A stretch of 64,000 bases of DNA from Octopus sinensis (taxonomy: Eukaryota). The stretch spans positions 14,942,001-15,006,000 of the forward strand of contig NC_043020.1 of the NCBI RefSeq assembly GCF_006345805.1, in the 5' to 3' direction. This document shows positions 1-11,577 of this stretch, one piece after another. Every line of letters begins with the position of its first letter. Position 1 is the first letter of the stretch. Made by a program: the position numbers and the translations under genes. The notes beneath the pieces were generated by a model. The model saw only the letters and a program-made list of their open reading frames with translations. It searched no databases and was not told where the DNA came from.

Positions 1-1075
1 TAACGGAATCTCGAGATGGTACTTTCAATGGTTTTTTTCTCAGTGTTGTTGAGATGAATTTGGTTCTTTACAGCATTGAAGATAACCTTAAGGACCAAGT
101 TGTGTCTCCATGTATACCTGTTCATTGCTAATGAACAGTTGGAAAGAATGTTTCAGTGTTCCAACCTTTCCGCATTTGCATATGCCATTCTCTGAGATGT
201 TCCATCTTACTAGATTCATAGATGATGGCAAAACATCAAAAGATGAACGAATCAGAAAACTTAGCCGAGATGTCATCCACTTCCATATCTCATCCCAACT
301 CATTTTCCTCTCAACAACATGTTCTTCTCATCTCGTCAGCTGTCCTTGATGAAAACATCGGATCAAATGAAGCTCTCTTCTCTCTGCTTCTCTCGTTTTG
401 ACGCTGTTGCTAACAACAGATCCGCATCATACTTGCAAACGGTCTGAACTGATCTGCACCAAAACCAAGTCCTTTCTGATGGTTCTGCGTTGCACCCACC
501 ACATCTCTGTATATAAGAGAAGACAAGATATCATCAATCTCTGCTTCTGCTTTCCACTTCCTGGCTGTTTTCACCTCTGGTGGATTATGCCTGATTTCCA
601 TATCCTTTGATTCTCTCAGCATTATCACCATCCGTATCTTCCCCAGCTTATATATTTCGACTATTGACATTAGTGGTAGCTGCAACAAACCTCTTTTACG
701 ATAAAGAGCTGAACTGTTCAACATACGAGGTAGGCCTAGCCACTTTCTAATGAACACATTACATTTTTGTTCAATGATCTGAACTCGTGATTAGGCTACT
801 TCATATATTAAAAATGGCCATGCAAGTTGCAGGTACAAGCCGAACTGCAAGCACCAAATTTTATAGTTACCTGGTAACTTTGAGTTATCAATCGCTGATA
901 ATCCAGCCTCGGCCTGTTTCATAATTTCCATCCCGTGACTTCTGTCTGACAATGTTCCAGCGTATACTCGCCCCAAGCTCTTGACGGGCTCTTCTTTGAC
1001 TGTTGGAATGCTTTCTTCAGCTATTCGAAACTTAGTTAAGTTCAATCGCGAATAGAATATAAAAGCTTTCACTAT
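1..1075 (-). mobile_element. Degenerate HERO-clade (restriction-like endonuclease) non-LTR retrotransposon, RT C-terminus to zinc knuckle
   Basis: Frameshifted minus-strand peptides EEPVKSLGR, LPGNYKIWCLQFGLY...WPFLIYEV, FIRKWLGLPR, ARKWKAEAE, SWDEIWK...SFLIRSSFDVLPS, CKCGKVGTLKH and WRHNLVLK match the HERO/R2-like layout. Confidence 0.75.
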
Positions 1076-1399
1076 GGAATATAACTATGGAAGACTGGTG
1101 GGAATATAATCTATATAGGCTTCAAGGGCAAGATGATAATGTAGGAATTAGTTGACACAGTTGGATTGAATGGTACTGCCCAGATATCGAAACCATACTG
1201 ATATCCGCTGAGCAGCTGATGATGGAGGTGCATTGGATTGTTGGTATGGTTGTTATTGTATGTGGAGAATAGTTCTATAAGACATCCATTTGATATCTTA
1301 TCTACCTATCTATCTATCTGTCTGTCACTTGATTGATTGATCGATTCATCCATCCAGAGAGAGAGAGAGAAGAATTGCTATTTCAAATGAGAGAGAGTT

Positions 1400-2110
1400 C
1401 TGCTCTGGTGTTCTATAGAAAGTTAGTGGCAGGCAAGTATGACGATGTTCTTGTGGAGACTGGGTGTTGATGAGAATCAACTGGCTGGTCTGTTCTGGTG
1501 GGCTTTTGGGCTGGGGTCTATGGATAAGTTACAGAAATCCTTGGCCTGGCATTGCTGGTTCTGAATAAACTCCACAGGTATGGAAGTGTCATCAGCCAGG
1601 CTTGCCCAAGATGCATGTAGGATGACGAAACTGTTCTGCATGCTCTTGTCCAATGCCCAAGCATTGCTGATTTGTGGGTTTATGTTGAACACCTGCTGTC
1701 ACATGGACTGATCCAGCTATTGGCTGAGTCCTTTGTGAAAATTGTCCCCCACCTTCCTTTGGTTGGGAAGGGCAGGCAGTGTTTCTTTGCCTGGTGGCAT
1801 TAGTGAAAGAGGTTGTGTGATGGACCAGATTGAAAAGGTTGAAGATAGATACTTTCCTCTTTGGCCAAGCCCTCAACTTTTTTAAGTTTCACTTGAAAAA
1901 GAAAGTGAAGGTAGAGAGGGAAGTGCTGCTTCCAGCAAGGTGGGTGAATGTTGCAAAAATGGTCCCAGTGAATGGGTCTACTTTAAGCATGCACCTGTAG
2001 GTTGAAGGAAGATGAAGTGGAGAGGGCACTTGCCCTAGTGGTCAGGTTGACCATGGTTTTGTAGGGTCTCCATGAGCAGCCCTAGGAAGTCTTCCTCTTT
2101 TGGGGAATTA
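1400..2110 (-). mobile_element. Unassigned decayed coding relic, possibly a LINE ORF1
   Basis: A GC-richer block with a near-continuous minus frame (KEEDFLGLLMETLQ...RAWPKRKVSIFNL...) broken by a few stops. No diagnostic motif. Confidence 0.3.
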
Positions 2111-2245
2111 TTTATTGTTATAATTTTATGTTGTTACTGTTTTTCAGTTTTTTTAACCCTTTTATGTAACTCCACATTGTATTGTCCTGTACCTTCCCCA
2201 GTTTTGTGAACCCTTAGCGGTTAATAAAGAAAACATTATTATTAA

Positions 2246-2435
2246 GACAATGAGCTGGCAGAATCGTTAGCACATCAGTATTTCATTTCTCTTCACATTC
2301 TGAGTTCAAATTCTACCAAGGTCGACTTTGCCTGTCATCTCTTTTTGGGGTCAATCAAAATAAGTACCAGTATAGAACTGAGGTCACAGTAATCGACTTA
2401 CTTCCTCCTCTGAAATTGATGGCCATGTGCCAAAA
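2246..2435 (+). mobile_element. tRNA-derived SINE family A, old copy with deletion
   Basis: gagctggcagaatcgttagcac...tctgagttcaaatt...gtcgactttgcc...aagtaccag is shared with the copies at 34808 and 54901. Confidence 0.75.
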
Positions 2436-2646
2436 TTTGAAAGCATTTTTATTATTTTTAACATCTGCCAAGTTTCACTTTGCCTTTTGTCCTTTCAGGA
2501 TCAATAAAAGAATGTACCATTCAAGCACTGGGTCAATGTAATTGACTAGCCCATGAAGCAAGCTTCTCAATCACAAGGCCCCCACCTGCACCATTATATA
2601 TATATATATATATATATACGCACACACATATGTTTGTCTGTTTATA

Positions 2647-2841
2647 TGAAGGAATGCTGAAAAGTTCCTGGAGGTTCAGTTAATTATGATTGTATTCAAC
2701 ATATTCCCCTCTCAGATTCACACACCTATTGCAGCAGTCCTTCAGTTTTCCTAAGCCCTGTTAAAGAATTTGGAAGGTTGGGCCTTCAACCAGGCCTTTT
2801 GTGAAAACCTCAAAGCCAGGAACTTTTCATCACACCCCTCA
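2647..2841. mobile_element. mariner-type MITE, 195 bp
   Basis: Imperfect TIRs tgaaggaatgctgaaaagttcctgg / ccaggaacttttcatcacacccctca, flanked by TA on both sides. Confidence 0.75.
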
Positions 2842-2854
2842 TATATATATATAT

Positions 2855-3035
2855 AATTGCAGCGTGGAAGGTGTTTATAAGCCGTTTACGAAACACACAA
2901 AACCGTTAGATTCACTTCAACATTTAAATTTAATTTGTCAAAATATTTTCGTCGCTCTGAGACCGCAACCTGTTCACTGACTAACGGTTTTGTGTGTTTC
3001 TTAAATGGCTTATAAACACCTTCCATGCTGCAATT
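2855..3035. mobile_element. Penelope-like terminal (pseudo-LTR) fragment: 55-bp inverted repeat around a 71-bp spacer
   Basis: Arms 2855-2909 and 2981-3035 match at 52 of 55 positions, and the spacer carries a hammerhead-like fold. The PLE assignment is inferred from that combination. Confidence 0.55.
2934..2984 (-). ncRNA. Candidate minimal type I hammerhead ribozyme with G3:C8 core variant
   Basis: Minus strand reads ttagtca-GUGAACA-g-guugc(ggucucaga)gcgac-GAA-AAUAUU-U-ugacaaa. Helix I, helix II, a palindromic helix III and the core all map. Confidence 0.6.
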
Positions 3036-3333
3036 GTTTTCGTTCCAGCATATGATCTCAGATCAAGTCACTCTCTATGCAAGTACATCTCCGTAATATA
3101 TATATATATATATACACACATATGTGTGTGTGTGTGTGTGTGTATAATTTTCACTATACTATTATGGATTTCCTGATGTAGATCCAGTAAAAATTATATT
3201 ATAACTGTTAATGACATTAGGCAGTCCAAATGGTGAATGTTCTTTGAAATACTGATAATCAGAAATAGTCATATAGCCAAAGTCCAAATACTTACATATA
3301 TATGTGTGTGTGTGTGTATGTAATATATATATG

Positions 3334-3453
3334 GCTTATGGCCATATCACTTTGAAAGCACTGGTTCTCATCTGATCACCAAAGTTAAGCAACACAAGCC
3401 TAGTTAGTACTTATATGGGTGATCACTTGAGAAACCTAGGTACTGTGAACATT
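3334..3453 (+). pseudogene. 5S rRNA pseudogene (full length, about 120 nt)
   Basis: gcttatggccatatcactttgaaagcactggttctcatctgatcaccaaagttaagcaac...gttagtacttatatgggtgatc...gtactgtgaacatt aligns by eye end to end with the animal 5S consensus. CpGs have decayed to TpG/CpA and the C box is mutated. Confidence 0.85.
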
Positions 3454-3454
3454 C

Positions 3455-3840
3455 CATCATCATCATCATCGTTAAACATCTGCTTTCCATGCTAGCATGG
3501 GTTGGACGATTTTGACTTAGGGCTGGCGAACCTGATGGCTGCACCAGGCTTCAATCTTGATCTGGCAGAGTTTCTACAGCTGGATGCCCTTTCTAACGCC
3601 AACCACTCCGAGACTGTAGTGGGTGCTTTTACGTGCCACCAGCACGGGGCCAGTCAGGCGGTACTGGCAATGACCTCGCTCGAATCTTTTACACATGTCA
3701 CCGGCACTGGTGCCAGTAAAGTGACGCTGGTAACGATCACGCTCGAATGGTGCCTTTTATGTGTCACCGACACGGAGGCCAGATAGCTGCTCTGGCAACG
3801 ATCACGCTTGGATGGTGCTCTTAATACCCTACTAGCACGG
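3455..3840 (-). mobile_element. Family D repeat (RTE-like 3' end with (GAT)n tail)
   Basis: (CAT)n, catgctagcatgggttggac, ctacagctggatgcc and internal gtgccacc repeats are shared with about 11 other copies. Confidence 0.75.
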
Positions 3841-4063
3841 GGTTATATATATATATATATATATCATTTAACATTTACTTTTCTATGCTTGCTTAGCCTG
3901 GATAGAGTTTATTAAGATCTTTTCTATGGCTTGATACCCATCCTATAGTCAATCCTCTGTTTCCAAGCAAGGTAACATTTCGTCATGACCAGACATATTT
4001 TTGCAGAATATTAGAAATGAATGACGCTCATTTACAGCTATCACCTTTTGCCTTGGCAACGAG

Positions 4064-4172
4064 AGAAGCATGCATGCATGCATGCATGCATGCATGTATG
4101 TATGTATGCATGTATGTATGTATGTATGTATGTATGTATGTATGTATGTATGTATGTATGTATGTATGTATA
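4064..4172. repeat. Compound (ATGC)n(ATGT)n microsatellite
   Basis: Seen directly. It explains the MHACMH/MYVC ORFs. Confidence 0.95.
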
Positions 4173-5619
4173 TGCAAATGCACGCTCACATTAATTATAC
4201 ATGCATTAATACACATATTCAGGTGGCGTGTTCATATACAACAGGCTTCCACTTTTGGTCAACCCTGAGCTATAGTAGAAGACACTTTCCCAAGATGCTC
4301 CGTTGTGGGCCAGAACCTGAAACCATCTGGTTGAGTAGTAAACATTCTATCTATGTAGATAACATAGATAGATAGAGTAGATGGACAGACATACACACAC
4401 GTGTGTATGTACATATTTATAGACACGTATGTTTGTGTGTGTGTGCGCGCGTGTTTGTGTGTTATTTACCTCAATATAGATAAATGTGTCCCAGTTTTGC
4501 AATTTCTGTGTACACAAAATTGCTTTGGAAACTTTCCATACGAATTTAATGCCATGAAAACTTATTTTAGTGGAGGATTTGTTTTGTGGAAAATGGCGAA
4601 GAAGCAGCTTTGATTATTTTGTGGTTGTCGAAAAATTAAGACATCAGTGCAGAAGATAATATTTTTAGTTATCTGCACCGAATTTATTTTCTACTTTAAA
4701 TAGTCAAAACGATTTAGAGCTTGATTGTCCTCCATAACGCATATGCCTATATCTACGTTATATATATATATGTGTATGTATATATAAAATCTGAAATGAA
4801 CAGATGATATTCCGATCATATATAGAAGATAATTGTTTTGATGCAACACAAGGTCAGTTGATATAGGCTGTTTAAAAATCAATGTATCTATTAATGGTAA
4901 TTACATTTGTGGCCACGATATAAAGAGAGGTAAAAGTGGAGATCGTTGTCAAAAGTGACTGAAAAAGGAAGATATGTGCGAAATATTTTAGATTGGAGTG
5001 TTTTATCACCTATCTCTCGCCTTCACAACCTTTCTAGCATGAAAATAAAGCATGAAAATAAAGATGTTAGTGGAGGTCACAACTCCATTTATTACTATTA
5101 TTATTAGTATTATTATTATTATTAATTATCATCATCGTCATCTGTTTTGTTGGAGAGTGATTTTTTCTTGCCTTGCTCTGGACGGAAGGCTACAAAACGT
5201 GTAAATACGTTTAAATGAGCTTTGATTAGCAGACAAATTAGAGACGGGGGTATAGTACTTTTGTATATAGAATTTGCCACATCAGTTCGGGAGAAAGGCC
5301 GACTGAGTGAGAAGCCATGGAAGTATCTTTAAAGACAAAAATACGATGTAATCTTCTGTTGTGGATTCGATTACAATAATAAAATGTCGTGTTTCAGAAC
5401 AGAGACGTATCAACACGATTACTAATAACAAAATATTGCTATAAAATCTGTCGAATTTTTTCGTTGTTAATTCTTATGGAAAGATAGGTTTTTATGTTGA
5501 ATATTAAAAATATATATATTTTTTTCTTAATTGGAAGTAATAAAGTTTCCTGGGAAAGATGTGAATGAAATAAATGTGAAATTGTTACTTAAATTGTTTT
5601 ATATATATAAGGTTTAGAG

Positions 5620-6030
5620 GAGGAGGAGGAGAAAGGGTGATTGAGTGAGGTGAAAGGGAGAGAGAGAAAGAGTGACAGGTGAAACGGAAGAAAGAGAAAG
5701 GGTGAGAGATGAGAGCGGAGTGAGTTAGAAGAATAGAGAGAGAAAGATTGGGAGTGAGTGAGGTGAAGAGAGAGAGGAAGATAGATACAAGAGAGAAGGG
5801 GAAAGAGAGAGAGCAAGAGAGAAAGATAGATACAAGAGAGAAGGTGAAAGAGAGAGAGAGCAAGAGTGGAAAGATAGATACAAGAGAGAAGGTGAAAGAG
5901 AGAGAGAGAGCAAGAGAGGAAGATAGATACAAGAGAGAAGGTGAAAGAGAAGAGACAGGTAGTTAGAAGAATAGGGAAGGGGAGCAGAAGTGGACGAGAG
6001 GAAGATAAACGAGAAAGAGGGTGTCAGAGT
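5620..6030. repeat. Polypurine GA tract with four 45-49 bp tandem units
   Basis: agatagatacaagagagaagg recurs at 5779, 5824, 5872 and 5921. Confidence 0.9.
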
Positions 6031-6050
6031 GACAGAAAAAGGGTGGCTAG

Positions 6051-6090
6051 CGGAAGGAAGTTTGGTGATGAGGTGGCGCATGCGCACTTC
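6051..6090 (+). promoter_or_regulatory. Probable TATA-less promoter: palindromic NRF1-type site GCGCATGCGC (6076-6085) and ETS-type CGGAAG/GGAAGT (6051-6061)
   Basis: The motifs are seen directly and lie in a CpG-retaining region typical of housekeeping promoters. Assignment to TRIP12 is inferred. Confidence 0.55.
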
Positions 6091-6229
6091 CCGCTGTGAT
6101 CATCTGTGTTTGGAATAAAAAAAAAAAAACTTGACCAACAACTTGGAACCTTTCTTTATAAAAAAAGCCCAGTCAGTATTTACTTTCTTTCTCTCCCCCG
6201 TCATTTTTAGTTTTGTCTTTTGAAAACAG

Positions 6230-6366
6230 TTGCTAAGTGTTGTTGTAGAACTCCGAGGCAACCTGTAAATGATACATGGCTTACAGGAAAGGCGGAGGAG
6301 GAAAGAAATGAGTCTTACAAATCTGGGACTGGTCTATCAGGAGTTTTCGACGACACTGTTTATATG
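6230..6366 (+). other. Candidate non-coding 5' UTR exon
   Basis: A pyrimidine tract and aacAG precede 6230, and the donor-like ATG|GTAACG follows 6366. No transcript evidence, and minus-strand donor-like sites also occur here. Confidence 0.3.
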
Positions 6367-6611
6367 GTAACGTTTTCTCTTCATTTCTATTTCCACTGTC
6401 TTTTCTCTGCATTTATCCATGTCGACTCTTCTATTTCCATATTTCTCTTTATCTCCTCTCAAAAGAAATACTGCGAACTGATTATCTAGGATGATTACTA
6501 ATAAGCCTTTATACCTACATTTTTTCAGAAAAAATTCACAAAATTTCACAAACGTTTGCTCCATAATTGACTATCCGTTTGTATGTCTGCAAAATGTGAG
6601 GCATACGTATA

Positions 6612-6997
6612 TAATTATATGTATATATTTATATCTATACACACATATATACGCATATATATATATTACAGTATAGTAATACCACTAATTAATAGTATAA
6701 AGTCTTTTTTTGCCCCTTTCTTAAGCCATAAAGAAAGCTGAACTTTAATATTAAGACTAGTAATAAACCAACAATACACACACATATAAGCAAAATAAAC
6801 TAATAATTATATGTATATATTTATATCTATACACACATATATACGCATATATATATATTACAGTATAATAATATCATTAATTATTAGTATAAAGTCTTTT
6901 TTTGCCCCTTTCTTAAGCCATAAAGAAAGCTGAACTTTAATATTAAGACTAGTAATAAACCAACAATACACACACATATATAAGCAAAATAAACTAA
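6612..6997. repeat. Direct tandem duplication, unit about 192 bp
   Basis: 6612-6803 and 6804-6997 are almost identical. The differences cluster in one segment of about 30 bp. Confidence 0.95.
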
Positions 6998-7403
6998 ATA
7001 GCTTTTCTGTTCTCCATTTTGGTTGGTTCTGTTTCGAATGAATTTTGATTTTTATTGTTACCGTGAACGAGGATTTAGTTTGCAAACGGAAGAACACAAC
7101 AATGTTGTAACTGTTAGATTGTAGATTGTACAGTAACAACCTTTACGGCCATAAGAAATTTCTTTTATCATGAAATTATGAAATTAAGCATGTGTGGGTT
7201 TTTTTTAATTTCTTCCCTAATGAAATTTTGCTTGTTTATCGCTCATACACACACACCCACATATAGAGTGGGTATTTATTGGCGAGTCATTGAAATACAT
7301 ACAATTCGTACCCCCACAATAAAATATTTTTGTTACTCCACAATTGTATTGAATTTATCTATGATATATAGTCGTTCATTACTCTTCACACACATACATA
7401 CAA

Positions 7404-7435
<32 letters not shown>

Positions 7436-8139
7436 CTGTCCATACACGATTCGGTTTAGAGATGCAAACGAAACAAAAAAAGTAGTACTCAATACATGGC
7501 GCTCAGAAATCACTCTGACGCTACTCAGAGTTTCACATCTGAAGTGTGAAACTCTCAGTGTAACACCAGAGCGAACGAACCATCGGCTTTATTCCAGAAC
7601 ACACACATTATATATATATACATACATATATATAAGATTCATATATATATATATGTTGGTGTGTATATTTTACTTGTAAATTTTGCAAAACGCCGAAGCT
7701 TGAAGAATCATCATGGCTGACAGTCTGGCGTCTTCACTTTTTATTTTGTTATGATGATGTTGTTGTGTCTGTTTTGTTATTTATTTAATAGTGTGTGGCC
7801 TTTTCTTTGCATTGAACGACACCTCCACTATTACTATTACTATTATTATTGTTTGTCCATTTGCATATTATTGTCTCTTTCTATTGTTTAATGTATTGGT
7901 TGTGGTGTTTTGCTGTGCGGTGGGGGTGACTCCTTTTTCACCAAAACTTTTCTTTCCAGCAACAAACACAAATAACAATCAGTTCAATAATAAAAAAATT
8001 CTTTATCCAAACTCTAAAAACTCTAATTTCAAAATCGTGTTGTGACAGGGAGACTGACCAACAGCGACAATAATAATAATGATTAGGAAAAATAGCTTTT
8101 TGAAGTTTAATATTTATTTTAAAGGGATTTGCGGCTCCT

Positions 8140-8355
8140 TCTCTCTCTATATCTCTCTATCTATCTATCTATCTATCTATCTATATCTCTCTATCTATAT
8201 CTCTCTATCTATATATCTATCTATCTATCTATATCTCTCTATCTATATATCTATCTATCTATCTATATCTCTCTATCTATATCTCTCTATCTATATCTCT
8301 CTATCTATATCTCTCTATCTATATCTCTCTATCTATCTCTATATCTCTCTATCTA

Positions 8356-8424
<69 letters not shown>

Positions 8425-8443
8425 CTCTCTCTCTCTCTCTCTA

Positions 8444-8492
<49 letters not shown>

Positions 8493-8865
8493 ATCTATAT
8501 TATATATATATATATATCTATCTATATATATATATATATATATATATCTATCTATAATATATATATATATATATACTATATCTCTATATATATATATATA
8601 ATATATCTATCTATATATATATATATATATATCTATCTATATATATATATATATCTATCTATCTATATATATTAATATCTATCATCTATCTATATATATA
8701 TATATATAATCTATCTATATATATATCTCTCTCTCTATATATATATATCTCTCTCTCTCTATATATATATATATCTCTCTCTCTCTCTCTCCTCTCTCTA
8801 TATAATATATATATATATAAACAAATCAAATTGCGATAAAATAAAAATAATTATAATCGCTGATA

Positions 8866-8900
<35 letters not shown>

Positions 8901-8939
8901 TATATTATATATATTATATATATATATATATATTAATAT

Positions 8940-8975
<36 letters not shown>

Positions 8976-10514
8976 GATATATCTATATATATATATATCT
9001 ATATATATCTATATATATATATATCTATATATATCTATCTATATATATATCTATATAATATATATAATATATCTATATATTATATATCTATATATATATA
9101 TATCTATATATATATATATCTATATATATATATATCATATATATATATCTATAATATATATATCTATATATATAATATCTATATATATATAGATAACTAT
9201 ATATATATTCTATTATATATATATCTATATCTATATTATATATCTAATATATATATCTATATATATATCTATATATATATTATATATCTATATATAATAT
9301 CTTATATATATATATATATCTATATATATATCTATATATATATCTATATATATATATATATATTATATATATATAATATCTATATATATATCTATATATA
9401 TATCTATATATATCTATATTATCTATATATATATATCTATATATATATCTCTATATATATCTATATATATATCTATATCTATATAATATATATCTATATA
9501 TATCTCTATATTATATATCTATATCTCTATATATATATATATCTATATCTCTATATATTATATATCTATATCTCTATCTATATATCTATATATCTATATA
9601 TTATTATATATATATATCTATATATATATATCTATATATATATATCTATATATTATATCTATATATATATCTATAATATATATCTATATATATATATCTA
9701 TATATATATATCTATATTATATATTATCTATATATATATATCTATATATATATATATATTATATATCTATATAATATATCTATATATATCTATATATATA
9801 TATCTATATATATATTATATATATTAATATCTATATATAATATCTATATATATATATCTATATATATATTATCTATATATATATCTATATAATATCTATA
9901 TATATATAATCTATATATATCTATATATATCTATATATATACTATATATATATCTATATATATATATATCTATATATATATCTATAATATATCTATATAT
10001 ATATATCATATATATCTATATATATATATATTATATATATCTATAATATATATATCATATATATATAATATATATATATCTATAGATATATCTATATATA
10101 TAATATCTATATATATATTATCTATATATATATCTATATATCTATATATTATTATATATATATTCTATATATATATATATCTATATTATCTATATATATA
10201 TATATCTATATATATCTATATATATATATCTATATATATATAATCTATTATATATATCTCTATATATTATAATCTATATATATATATATCTATATATATA
10301 TATATCTATATTATATATATCTATATATAATATATCTATATATTATTATATATATATATATATATATATCTATATATATATATCTATATATTATATATCT
10401 ATATAATATATATCTATTATATATATATATATCTAATATAATCTATTATATATATCTATATTCTATATATATATCTATATATATTATTATATCTCTATAT
10501 ATATCTATATATAA

Positions 10515-10555
<41 letters not shown>

Positions 10556-11577
10556 ATATATCTATATATATTATATAATATATATATATTATATATATAT
10601 ATATCTATATTATCTATATATATATCTATATATATATCTTATCTATATATCTATATCTATATCTTATATATATATCTCTATATCTCTATATATATATATA
10701 TCTATATCTCTAATATATATATATCTATATCTCTATATATATATATCTATATCTATATATATATATATATATATATCTATATCTATATATCTATATCTAT
10801 ATATATCTATATCTCTATATATATATATCTATATCTCTATATAATATATCTATATCTCTATATATATATATCTAATCTATATATATATATATCTATATCT
10901 CTATATATCTATATCTATATCTCTATATATATATATCTATATCTCTATATATATATATCTATATCTCTATATATATATATCTATATCTCTATATATATAT
11001 ATCTATATCTCTATATATATATATCTATATCTCTATATATATATATCTATATCTCTATATATATATATCTATATCTCTATATATATATATCTATATCTCT
11101 ATATATATATCTATATCTCTATATATATATCTATATATCTCTATATATATATCTATATCTCTATATATATATATCTATATCTCTATATATATTATCTATA
11201 TCTCTATATATATATCTATATCTCTATAATATATATCTATATCTATATATATATATAATCTATATCTCTATATATATATATCTATATCTATATATATATA
11301 TCTATATCTCTCTATATATATATCTATATCTCTATATATATATATCTATATCTCTATATATATATATCTATATCTCTATATATATATATCTCTATATCTC
11401 TATATATATATATATCTATATCTCTATATATATATATATCTATATCTCTATATATATATATATCTATATCTCTATATATATATATATCTATATCTCTATA
11501 TTATATATATATCTATATCTCTATATATATATATATCTATATCTCTATATATATATATATCTATATATATATATATA
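8140..11577. repeat. Compound (AT)n/(TATC)n/(TC)n microsatellite of about 3.4 kb
   Basis: Seen directly. G is nearly absent on +, there is a short unique island at about 8820-8864, and units of about 20-22 bp are regular from about 10900. Confidence 0.98.

Noticed and set aside
5239-5319. Minus-strand MASHSVGLSPELMWQIL, faintly like an RPL28 N-terminus or a divergent gene start
   Set aside because: It stops after 26 codons, the following residues do not match RPL28, and there is no convincing donor or downstream exon.
5585-6087. L/S/F-rich and E/R/K-rich ORFs
   Set aside because: Products of the GA polypurine repeat, with no splice or homology support.
7513-7571. Possible second hammerhead (contains GAAAC on both strands)
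   Set aside because: No CUGANGA or compensated equivalent in register with helices I and II. It is a simple palindrome.
8079-8675. 198-aa and 142-aa I/Y/L/S ORFs
   Set aside because: Translations of the AT/TC microsatellite. The same applies to the YIYI, THTH, CVCV and MYVC ORFs elsewhere.
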